A model generated the notes under the pieces. The model was given only the letters and a program-made list of their open reading frames with translations. It was not told the origin of the DNA and ran no database searches. A stretch of 16,250 nucleotides of DNA, taken from NCBI GenBank assembly GCA_048941285.1, contig JBHLNS010000064.1, positions 1 through 16,250 of the forward strand, in the 5' to 3' direction. Shown here piece after piece: positions 1 to 7,374 of this stretch. Source of the DNA: Promethearchaeota archaeon (GTDB taxonomy: Archaea; Asgardarchaeota; Lokiarchaeia; Sigyniarchaeales; SOKP01). Both the position numbers and the translations under genes were made by a program. How positions within the stretch are numbered: the first letter of the stretch is position 1; every line of letters starts with the position of its first letter.

Positions 1-2
1 AA

Positions 3-71
3 TATCAACAAATGGGAAAGGATTATATTTTTGGAGGAGTTGAGGTAAATAAAGAAGAGGAGGCGGCATAA
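3..71 (+). CDS. 3' end of an upstream CDS (partial, ...YQQMGKDYIFGGVEVNKEEEAA*); product unidentified, possibly another Hdr subunit
   Basis: Frame 3 is open from the window edge to TAA at 69-71, 1 nt before the hdrA TTG. The other two + frames stop earlier. The fragment is too short to assign a family. Confidence 0.6.
   Translation, partial: YQQMGKDYIFGGVEVNKEEEAA
57..66 (+). promoter_or_regulatory. Shine-Dalgarno-like motif (GAGGAGGCGG) for hdrA
   Basis: GGAGG core about 9 nt upstream of TTG 73. Similar motifs precede mvhD (GGAGGTG ~2083), mvhG (GAGGAGG ~2525), ORF 3782 (GAGGG ~3771) and tusA (AGGAG 6271). Confidence 0.6.
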
Positions 72-72
72 T

Positions 73-2109
73 TTGACTGTAAAAGAAGAAAAGTTAGAAA
101 ATGTCAAAAGTTTAGGGGAAAAGGTTGTTAGTGCTGAGGATGATGAACCACGAATTGGAGTATTTGTATGTCATTGTGGACACAATATTGCAGGAACTGT
201 AGATGTAGCTAAAGTTGCTGAATATGCTTCAACATTACCTAATGTTGTTAAAGCAGAACATTATATGTTTATGTGTTCAAAACCTGGAGTTCAAATGGTT
301 AAAGATTCTATTAAAGAATTAGGTGTTAACAGAACCGTTGTAGCATCATGCTCCAAAAACCAACATGGAAGAACTTTTGCTAATGCAATTGAAGAGATGG
401 GTCTTAATAAGCATAGACATCAGCAAGTAAATGTACGAGAATATTGTAGTTGGGTTCATCAAAAAGAGAAAGAAAAAGCAACAGATAAAGCAATGAAGCT
501 TGTTGAAGCAGGAGTCAATAGAGCAAGAAAGTTAGAAGATGTTGAGACTAGGAAGATTCCCACAACTAAAGCAGCATTAGTAATAGGTGCTGGCATAGCC
601 GGGCTTAGATCTGCGCACGATATGGCTGAGTTGGGTATCCCAGTTTATTTAGTTGAAAGAAATTCAACAATTGGAGGTCACATGACACAATTAAATAAAA
701 CTTTTCCAACGTTAGAATGTCCACAATGCTCAATCTCTCCATTAACAAATGGAGTTGCAAACCATCCCTTAATAGAATTATACACGAATGCTCAAATTAA
801 AAATGTTGAAGGTTCAATGGGCAATTTCGAGGTAGAGATTGAAATTAAGCCTCGATATGTGAATGATAATTGTACTTCTTGCGGAGAGTGTGCCCTTCAT
901 TGTCCAGTTGAAGTCCCTAGTGAATGGGATAGTGGAATGTCGATGAGAAATGCAATATATAAAGCATATCCACAGGCGATACCTGCAACTTACGTACGAG
1001 ATAAGAAAGCATGTATTGAGTGCAATACTTGTATAAATGTTTGTCCTGTTCAAGCAGTCGACTTTTCAATGCAACCAGAAACAAAAACATTTAAAGTTGG
1101 TTCGATAATAGTTGCAGCGGGTTATGATGAATATGATCCTACTGAAATTGAACCGTATCATTATGGGCAAGAAGGTTATGAAGATGTTATTACACAGTTA
1201 AAATTAGAGCGAATGCTTTCACCAACATCGCTTACAAACAGTCAGGTTTTACGTCCCTCAGACGGTAAAATCCCTAAAAATATAGTGATGATCCAATGTG
1301 TGGGGAGTAGAAATGATCAAGTTGGGAATCAATATTGTACTGGAGTGTGTTGTAAGTTTGCGATTAAAAATGCAAGAATAGTTAAAGAAATGTATCCTAA
1401 TGCAGATGTAACTATCTGTTATATCGATGTGAGAACTCCTGGATTGAATTTTGAAGAGTTATATAAATCTGCTCAAGAAGTTGGAGTGAGATTTATTAGA
1501 GGTCGTCCTTCAGAGGTTTTAAAAGATCCGATTTCAGGAGAATTAAAAGTTATTGTCGAAGATACATTGAGTCAAACACCTTTAAAGCTTAAAGCAGACT
1601 TAATTGTACTTTCCGCTGCAATGGTACCCCCTGAAGGTATTGGTCCTTTAGGATCGAAATTACATGTACTTCGGTCTAAGGAGGGTTTCTTAAAAGAATT
1701 TCACATCAAAATGAACCCTACACTAAGTAGTAAGGGAGGAATTTTTCTAGCTGGCACTATTCAAGGTCCTAAAGACATTTCAGAGACTGTTGCTCATGCG
1801 GGAAATGCTGCTGCATTAGCTGCAGCTCCATTGGTCAAAGGATATGTTGAGAAAGAGATGTTAATCCCTTCAATAGATTATGATTTATGTGTTAATTGCG
1901 GATTGTGTAAAACTGTCTGTGCTCCAGCTGCAATTGAAATTAGTACTGATGGAAGCCCAATTGTTAATGAAATTGCATGTAAGTCATGTGGTATGTGCAT
2001 GCCAGCATGTCCAACAGGAGCAATTCAATTATTAAATTTCACAGATAATCAATTACTAGATGAAATAATTGCCGTATCAGGCGGAGGTGCTGTCTGCGAA
2101 AATGAGTGA
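73..2109 (+). CDS. hdrA: Heterodisulfide reductase subunit A (FAD, multiple [4Fe-4S]); TTG start
   Basis: RIGVFVCHCGHNIA, NVREYCSWVH, GAGIAG FAD motif, GGHMTQLNKTFPTLECPQC, inserted ferredoxin (CTSCGEC...CP, CIECNTC...CP), QCVGSR...YCTGVCC, GPKDI, C-terminal 2x[4Fe-4S] domain. Confidence 0.97.
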   Translation: MTVKEEKLENVKSLGEKVVSAEDDEPRIGVFVCHCGHNIAGTVDVAKVAEYASTLPNVVKAEHYMFMCSKPGVQMVKDSIKELGVNRTVVASCSKNQHGRTFANAIEEMGLNKHRHQQVNVREYCSWVHQKEKEKATDKAMKLVEAGVNRARKLEDVETRKIPTTKAALVIGAGIAGLRSAHDMAELGIPVYLVERNSTIGGHMTQLNKTFPTLECPQCSISPLTNGVANHPLIELYTNAQIKNVEGSMGNFEVEIEIKPRYVNDNCTSCGECALHCPVEVPSEWDSGMSMRNAIYKAYPQAIPATYVRDKKACIECNTCINVCPVQAVDFSMQPETKTFKVGSIIVAAGYDEYDPTEIEPYHYGQEGYEDVITQLKLERMLSPTSLTNSQVLRPSDGKIPKNIVMIQCVGSRNDQVGNQYCTGVCCKFAIKNARIVKEMYPNADVTICYIDVRTPGLNFEELYKSAQEVGVRFIRGRPSEVLKDPISGELKVIVEDTLSQTPLKLKADLIVLSAAMVPPEGIGPLGSKLHVLRSKEGFLKEFHIKMNPTLSSKGGIFLAGTIQGPKDISETVAHAGNAAALAAAPLVKGYVEKEMLIPSIDYDLCVNCGLCKTVCAPAAIEISTDGSPIVNEIACKSCGMCMPACPTGAIQLLNFTDNQLLDEIIAVSGGGAVCENE

Positions 2110-2554
2110 ATGTGAATATATAGAACCAGAAGTTCTTGAGAAAATTAAAGATGTTGTAGTATTTATGTGTAATGAGTGTGGTCAAGGATCTGCAAATACA
2201 GCAGGAGTCGCTCGAATGGCTTATGAACCATCCATTAGAATTATTAGAGTACAATGTACTGGCCAAGTTGGTCCAATCCAAATCATGGATGCATTGAACA
2301 ATGGAGCTGATGCAGTAGCCTGTGTAGGATGCTGTTTAGGGGCATGTCATTTCTTTAATGGTAATATTCTTTCTATGCATAGAATCAAACTCATGAAAAA
2401 ATTGTTCAAAGAATTAGGTTATAGTGATCAGTTTATTAATCAATATACCTCACGAGCAGCGGAAGGTGAAACTGCAGTTGGAGATTTTGAAGATATGATT
2501 GAAAGATTAGCAAATGCAATAAGAGAGGAGGGTACGATAAAAGATGGATGTTAA
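2102..2554 (+). CDS. mvhD: MvhD/FlpD-family [2Fe-2S] adaptor subunit, about 150 aa (start re-called at ATG 2102)
   Basis: VFMCNEC..SANTAG, IRIIRVQCTGQV, GADAV..VGCCLGACHF.NGN match MvhD motifs. ATG 2102 overlaps the hdrA stop by 8 nt (ATGAGTGA) and has GGAGGTG upstream, which fits better than the 2069 start in the ORF track. Confidence 0.92.
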   Translation: MSECEYIEPEVLEKIKDVVVFMCNECGQGSANTAGVARMAYEPSIRIIRVQCTGQVGPIQIMDALNNGADAVACVGCCLGACHFFNGNILSMHRIKLMKKLFKELGYSDQFINQYTSRAAEGETAVGDFEDMIERLANAIREEGTIKDGC

Positions 2555-3779
2555 GATATTTCAATTTAATGGATGCAATAAGTGTTTTAATGAAACAATA
2601 CTCCTAAAAGAGAATTCAAAGTATTCAACACAATTTATTTCAAATCCGGGAAATTGGAAGGAAGAAAAAGTAGATGTTGCTGTAATTACCGGTTATTTAT
2701 TACCAGAGGATAAGGAGATCTTAAAGAAGATTAAAGCAAATTCAAAACAAGTTATTGCTTATGGAAATTGCACCACGACTGGTGGAGTTTTTGCTCTTGC
2801 TAATCAAAGGGGACATAGTGTGATTCCAATAAAAAAATTAATTGACCCTTCAATTGAAGTAAACGGTTGTCTTGGAGAAGTCGAAGAATTAAAGCTAGCT
2901 ATTGACGGATCAGAAAAACCAAAATTGAAAAATTTATGTGATGTATGCGAGAGAAAAAGAACTTGTGATTATTTAGATGAAGTACATCGTCAAATCGAAT
3001 TAATCGATGATAAAACTTGTTTTAATGATTTAGGTTTTCTTTGTAATGGATTTGTAGCAAAAGAATGTAAAGAAAGATGTATCAATTTTAATACACCATG
3101 TAGAGGATGCAAACCTTCTGTTGAGCGTTCTGGTATTAGAATGTTAGGCATGTTTGGTACTTTAATGGGTAATATTGAGGTGGCTACTGAGCATTCTGAA
3201 AAAGGAGCAACAGATAAACTTGCTGATAATGAAGACGATGTGATCCGAAGTTTACCCGATATTGTTGGGAATTTCTTTAGGTTTACATTATCAACATCTG
3301 GTTTACCTAAAGGGCGAATTCCATCTACAGGTAGTTTACTTGAGGATGTGTTTGCAGGAAGATTAATAGAAGAATTACCTTTAATTTCAGGATTATTAGG
3401 GGGAGACAAATGGATTTCATTAACACTCAAAATAATTGAAAGTTATGAAAATGCAAATAAAATAGAAATCAGCGCAGAAACTCAGAAAAATCGTAAAAAA
3501 TTACTTAAGTTAGAAAACGACCTACAAAGTGCCATAAAGGAAGAAGATCCAAAGCAATATCGGAAAATTACTGATGAAATAAGGAAAATTGCGGGAAATA
3601 TGAACCTTTCAAATGTATTTTTTGGTGGTTTTAAATCTCAAATCAAAGATGATGATAATTTTGAGGAATATAAAAGCCGAGTTTTTGATGTGGTTGAGGG
3701 TACTTATAAGAATGGTTCAGTTGAATTCACAATTGATCCAATTGGAATTGTAAAAGAAATTAAAGTTAAAGAGGGATAA
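2544..3779 (+). CDS. MvhG/FrhG-like [NiFe]-hydrogenase small-subunit homologue with about 150-aa C-terminal extension
   Basis: Proximal-type ligands GCNKC, VDVAVITG, IAYGNCTTTGGV and NGC. Medial/distal ligands LCDVC, CF..LGFLCNG and CKERC...PCRGC. MvhG-like tail LPDIVGNFFRFTL. Overlaps mvhD by 11 nt. Confidence 0.85.
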   Translation: MDVKIFQFNGCNKCFNETILLKENSKYSTQFISNPGNWKEEKVDVAVITGYLLPEDKEILKKIKANSKQVIAYGNCTTTGGVFALANQRGHSVIPIKKLIDPSIEVNGCLGEVEELKLAIDGSEKPKLKNLCDVCERKRTCDYLDEVHRQIELIDDKTCFNDLGFLCNGFVAKECKERCINFNTPCRGCKPSVERSGIRMLGMFGTLMGNIEVATEHSEKGATDKLADNEDDVIRSLPDIVGNFFRFTLSTSGLPKGRIPSTGSLLEDVFAGRLIEELPLISGLLGGDKWISLTLKIIESYENANKIEISAETQKNRKKLLKLENDLQSAIKEEDPKQYRKITDEIRKIAGNMNLSNVFFGGFKSQIKDDDNFEEYKSRVFDVVEGTYKNGSVEFTIDPIGIVKEIKVKEG

Positions 3780-3781
3780 AT

Positions 3782-6250
3782 ATGAGTTTTGAATTATTAA
3801 GAGAAGAAATAGTAGATGCGGGTTTATGCCAAGGATGTGGATTATGTGCTGGCTCTTGTAAACATATTGAAATGGAAGTTAAACGTCCAACACTGAAAGA
3901 TTACTGTATTTTAGAAAGAGATGGGCAAGATTGCGGAAAATGTTACCAAAACTGTCCTCAAGTAATCCAAAAGAAATTTGAAGAGAAACAACCACTAGCA
4001 GTTTACTCCTTAAGGAGTAAAGATCCTGAAATTTTAGCAAAAGCTTCAAGTGGAGGTTTTGTAACCACACTCGCTAAAGAATTGCTAGAAAACGAAACTC
4101 TTAAAGAAATCATAATGGTTCAAGAGGAAGATGAAAAACCGACTGCTGATATTGTTTCAGATCCAGATGAGGTAATTCAGAAAGCTGGCGTTATTTATGG
4201 TAGATCTGGAGTTTTACAAAGATTAGTAGAGCTTACTGGTAAAAATTTCGATCCAATTGGAATTGTTGGTGTACCATGTGAAATGCGTGGAGCAGCTGAA
4301 CTTGAAGAAGAAATGAATAGAAAAATTCTAAAAATTGGTTTATTCTGTAGTTCTCAAATGAGAACTGAACAAACAGATAAGGGTTTAGTATGTTCCCCAT
4401 GTTGTAATGGTTGTCCTTCGGGAGTTAATGCTCAAGGATATATTTCATTGATACGTCAAGGAAAATATCAAGATGCTGTAGACTTAATTAGAGAAAAAAA
4501 TCCACTCCCATCTATTTGTGGAAGAATTTGTACAAATGAATGTGAACATGGATGTACTTTAATTGGAGATGACCATCCCGTCGCAATTCGTGAACTAAAG
4601 AAGTTTGTTACAGAATGGGAAATTGAAAGGGCTAAAAATACTTCAAAAACGAAAGCTAAATTAATTAAAAATGCCAAAAAAGTAGCAATTATTGGATCCG
4701 GTCCAGCTGGATTAACCGCTGCTTATTTTTTAAGAAGAATGGGTTATGCCCCGACTATATTCGAGAAGACGGATCAAACAGGAGGGATGCTAAGATTTGG
4801 TGTACCACAATTTAGATTACCTAATTATGTATTAGATTATGATGTGGGTAGAATCATAGATTCTGGGGTTGAAGTTGTACTCAATAAACCTTTAGGTCCT
4901 GAGATGACTATTGACGATCTAAAAAATAATGGTTTTGAAGCTATTTTTATTGCCACTGGCCAATATAAACCCCGTACTTTACACTTAGAGGGGGAAACTT
5001 TACCAAATGTGCATGTAGCGATTAGTTTTCTAATGGATAGAAAGTATCGATATTGGGAAAACAAAGAAGAATTTAAAGGTAAAACTTTAGGTATAATTGG
5101 AGGCGGAGCAGTTGCTGTTGATGTTGCTCAAACAGCACTTAGATTAGGTGCTGAGAAGGTTCACCTTGTTGATATCATGTCAGAAGAACAACTTGAACTG
5201 GTGTTAAGGGATATCCCTGAAAATGAAATGGATTTTATGGAATATCACTTTAAGACTTCAACTTTAAAAATTACTCAGAATAAAGAGAAAAAATTAGTTT
5301 TAAATTGTTATCACATTGAGTGGGGTAATCCTGATAAAAACAGAAAAAGAGCATTAAATAAAATTGAGGATTCAGATTACGAGATACCTGTTGATTCTAT
5401 TGTAATCGCAGTTGGTCAAGCAGTAGATTTCGAACAGATAGATGCGGCAACAGATAATAAATTGGAAAAGGAACGAAACAAAATAAAAGTAAATGAAGTT
5501 ACTTTTGAAACAAATATCCCAGGAGTTTTTGCGGGTGGAGATATTATTAACAACTCTAAAGCTGTAGCGATTGCTGCAATTTCTCATGGAAAGGAAGCAG
5601 CATTTTCAATTGACCGATATTTAAAGGGAGAAAACTTAATGGAAGGAAGATTTAAAATAGAAAATTCATTTTTTACTGGACCTAAGAAACCACCGAAGGA
5701 TTACTCATTAAAACCAGAAACTCTAGGAGATGCAACTGAAGAAATTAGCTGGAGTTTTGAAGAGATTGATAAAATGTTCAATGAAGATATGGCATTACAA
5801 GAAGCACGAAGATGTCTAAGTTGTAATCATTTCTGTTCTCATTGCCAAGACTTTCCAGCAATATATTCCGATATCACTGCGGGAGAAGTAGGATCAAAGG
5901 ATGGCTATACAACAGTTGTAATATGGACTGAACATGGTAAAGAGCTTATTGAACAAGCAGTTGAAAAAGGATTATTCGAACAGGGAGAAGTTGATGAGGA
6001 AGAATTGAAAAACGCAATTAACCTTAAATCGAAACGTGAATTATTGAACTTTGAAAAAACGCCTAGACAGCAAGTATTAGATTATATTACACTCCAAGGA
6101 TCAAGTACTATTTCGGATATCTCAAAAAATGTCAGACTTGAGCCTAAGAAAGTTAGATATGAAGCTTTACGCTTAGTTCAATTAATGGAATTAGAAATGA
6201 AAGCTGATCCTGATATGGATGAACCTATATTTTCAATTATATGTGATTAA
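3782..6250 (+). CDS. Multidomain Fe-S flavoprotein: ferredoxin + FrhB/FdhB fold interrupted by a GltD/NfnB-like NAD(P)H oxidoreductase + C-terminal winged-helix-like domain
   Basis: Ferredoxin: CQGCGLCAGSC and CGKCYQNCP. FrhB first part: SSGGFVTTL, VGVPCEM, IGLFC. GltD part: PCCNGCP, NPLPSICGRIC..ECE.GC, GSGPAG, GGMLRFGVPQFRLP, GGGAVAVD, GVFAGGD, EARRCLSC. FrhB resumes: CSHCQD...SDITAGEVGS.DGYTTVVIWTEHG. HTH-like tail: RQQVLDYI...STISDIS...KVRYEALRL. Confidence 0.9.
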   Translation: MSFELLREEIVDAGLCQGCGLCAGSCKHIEMEVKRPTLKDYCILERDGQDCGKCYQNCPQVIQKKFEEKQPLAVYSLRSKDPEILAKASSGGFVTTLAKELLENETLKEIIMVQEEDEKPTADIVSDPDEVIQKAGVIYGRSGVLQRLVELTGKNFDPIGIVGVPCEMRGAAELEEEMNRKILKIGLFCSSQMRTEQTDKGLVCSPCCNGCPSGVNAQGYISLIRQGKYQDAVDLIREKNPLPSICGRICTNECEHGCTLIGDDHPVAIRELKKFVTEWEIERAKNTSKTKAKLIKNAKKVAIIGSGPAGLTAAYFLRRMGYAPTIFEKTDQTGGMLRFGVPQFRLPNYVLDYDVGRIIDSGVEVVLNKPLGPEMTIDDLKNNGFEAIFIATGQYKPRTLHLEGETLPNVHVAISFLMDRKYRYWENKEEFKGKTLGIIGGGAVAVDVAQTALRLGAEKVHLVDIMSEEQLELVLRDIPENEMDFMEYHFKTSTLKITQNKEKKLVLNCYHIEWGNPDKNRKRALNKIEDSDYEIPVDSIVIAVGQAVDFEQIDAATDNKLEKERNKIKVNEVTFETNIPGVFAGGDIINNSKAVAIAAISHGKEAAFSIDRYLKGENLMEGRFKIENSFFTGPKKPPKDYSLKPETLGDATEEISWSFEEIDKMFNEDMALQEARRCLSCNHFCSHCQDFPAIYSDITAGEVGSKDGYTTVVIWTEHGKELIEQAVEKGLFEQGEVDEEELKNAINLKSKRELLNFEKTPRQQVLDYITLQGSSTISDISKNVRLEPKKVRYEALRLVQLMELEMKADPDMDEPIFSIICD

Positions 6251-6283
6251 ATAAAAAATTAAAATAATTAAGGAGAGAAAAAA

Positions 6284-6520
6284 ATGAAATTTGATATGGA
6301 ATTAAATGTCTGCGGATTAGTATGCCCTGTTCCAGCCTTAAAAACCAAGAAACAACTAATGAAGATGAGACCTGGAACTGTTTTAAAAGTTATAACAGAC
6401 TACAAACCCGCAAGTGAATCTGTTCCACGTGATTTAGCAAAAACTAAACATAAGCATTTAGGAACAGACTTCATAGAAGACGATGAGCAATGGTACATGT
6501 ATTTTGAAGCTGTAAAGTAA
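6284..6520 (+). CDS. tusA: TusA/SirA-family sulfur carrier protein
   Basis: 78 aa with LNVCGLVCPVPALKT (CPxP persulfide motif) and G.VLKVITD. AGGAG ribosome-binding site at 6271. Confidence 0.92.
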   Translation: MKFDMELNVCGLVCPVPALKTKKQLMKMRPGTVLKVITDYKPASESVPRDLAKTKHKHLGTDFIEDDEQWYMYFEAVK

Positions 6521-6563
6521 CTTTTTATACTTTAAAATTTAATTTTTTTATTCTTTCTTTTTT
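6521..6563 (+). terminator. Oligo-T archaeal-type intrinsic terminator region after tusA
   Basis: Several T-runs (TTTTT, TTTTTTT, TTTCTTTTTT) immediately after the last gene of the operon. The AT-rich background lowers specificity. Confidence 0.5.
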
Positions 6564-6683
6564 GAGATATTTAATACTATTTTTTATAATATTCTCTAGG
6601 ATTTTTAACCATCTTATTTGTATATTTTTAAAATTTAAAAATAGATAATTTTCAAATTATATGAATTTCTCTTTCTTTTAATA

Positions 6684-7310
6684 ATGCTCAGTTCAACAGT
6701 AGTGAGAATCTTCATAATTATTAGTTTTTTCTTATTTGGTTATAATCTCACATATATTATATTGTTTAAAAAACGACATAAAATTCAAAATAATAATGAA
6801 ATTAATAATAAATTGAAAGAAACGAGAACATTTGCTAAGATTGGGATACATATAATTAACATCTTTATTTTCCTGTGTTGTTTGAATATTTTTATTTATA
6901 ATTATTGGGCACTAATCTTTCCAAAAATTGATTTACCAATTATAAGTGATGTTCTCCAAATAGTAGGTTTTACTTTAATAATAGGTGGAAATATTGTACT
7001 TTTATTAGCATACAGAAAGTTAGGCGTTCACTGGTCTTATCCTATCGATGGAAAAAAAAAGCAGAAAGAACTCGTCACCACTGGCATTTACGGGAGAATA
7101 AGACACCCCATTTATTTATCTTTTAATATTTTTTGTATTGGTTTCAATTTATTACTTTTAGATTGGTTTTTGATATCTTTATATATCATTGGGGCGATTG
7201 GTTTATATTTTCAAGCAATTGATGAAGAAAAAATATTAATCGAATATTTTGGAGATGAATACATAGAATATATGAAAAAAACAGGAAGATTTTTTCTCAA
7301 GATCCATTAA
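6684..7310 (+). CDS. Isoprenylcysteine carboxyl methyltransferase / PEMT-family integral membrane methyltransferase
   Basis: Several hydrophobic segments plus signature motifs ELVTTGIYGRIRHPIYL and EEKIL..YFGDEY.EYMKKTGRF. Confidence 0.9.
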   Translation: MLSSTVVRIFIIISFFLFGYNLTYIILFKKRHKIQNNNEINNKLKETRTFAKIGIHIINIFIFLCCLNIFIYNYWALIFPKIDLPIISDVLQIVGFTLIIGGNIVLLLAYRKLGVHWSYPIDGKKKQKELVTTGIYGRIRHPIYLSFNIFCIGFNLLLLDWFLISLYIIGAIGLYFQAIDEEKILIEYFGDEYIEYMKKTGRFFLKIH

Positions 7311-7374
7311 TAATTAAAGTAAAAACATACTATTTTTAATTTATAAGAAATTTAGCCCAAGATGGGTTTTTATA

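Noticed and set aside
2069-2101. ORF-track start for mvhD at 2069
   Set aside because: It overlaps hdrA by 41 nt with no upstream SD. ATG 2102 fits the SD and translational coupling better.
2107-2115. Possible Sec readthrough of the hdrA TGA, or an HdrA-MvhD fusion
   Set aside because: HdrA is complete at this point. Readthrough meets another TGA after one codon, and mvhD is in a different frame with its own SD and ATG.
814-5587. Short - strand ORFs (814-1053, 2039-2281, 2990-3430, 3879-4070, 4468-4677, 4837-5064, 5372-5587)
   Set aside because: Antisense shadows of well-supported genes, with no motifs.
7051-7061. A9 homopolymer in the ICMT gene (and another near 8312-8320) as phase-variation sites
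   Set aside because: Both reading frames are intact, and such runs are expected in very AT-rich DNA.
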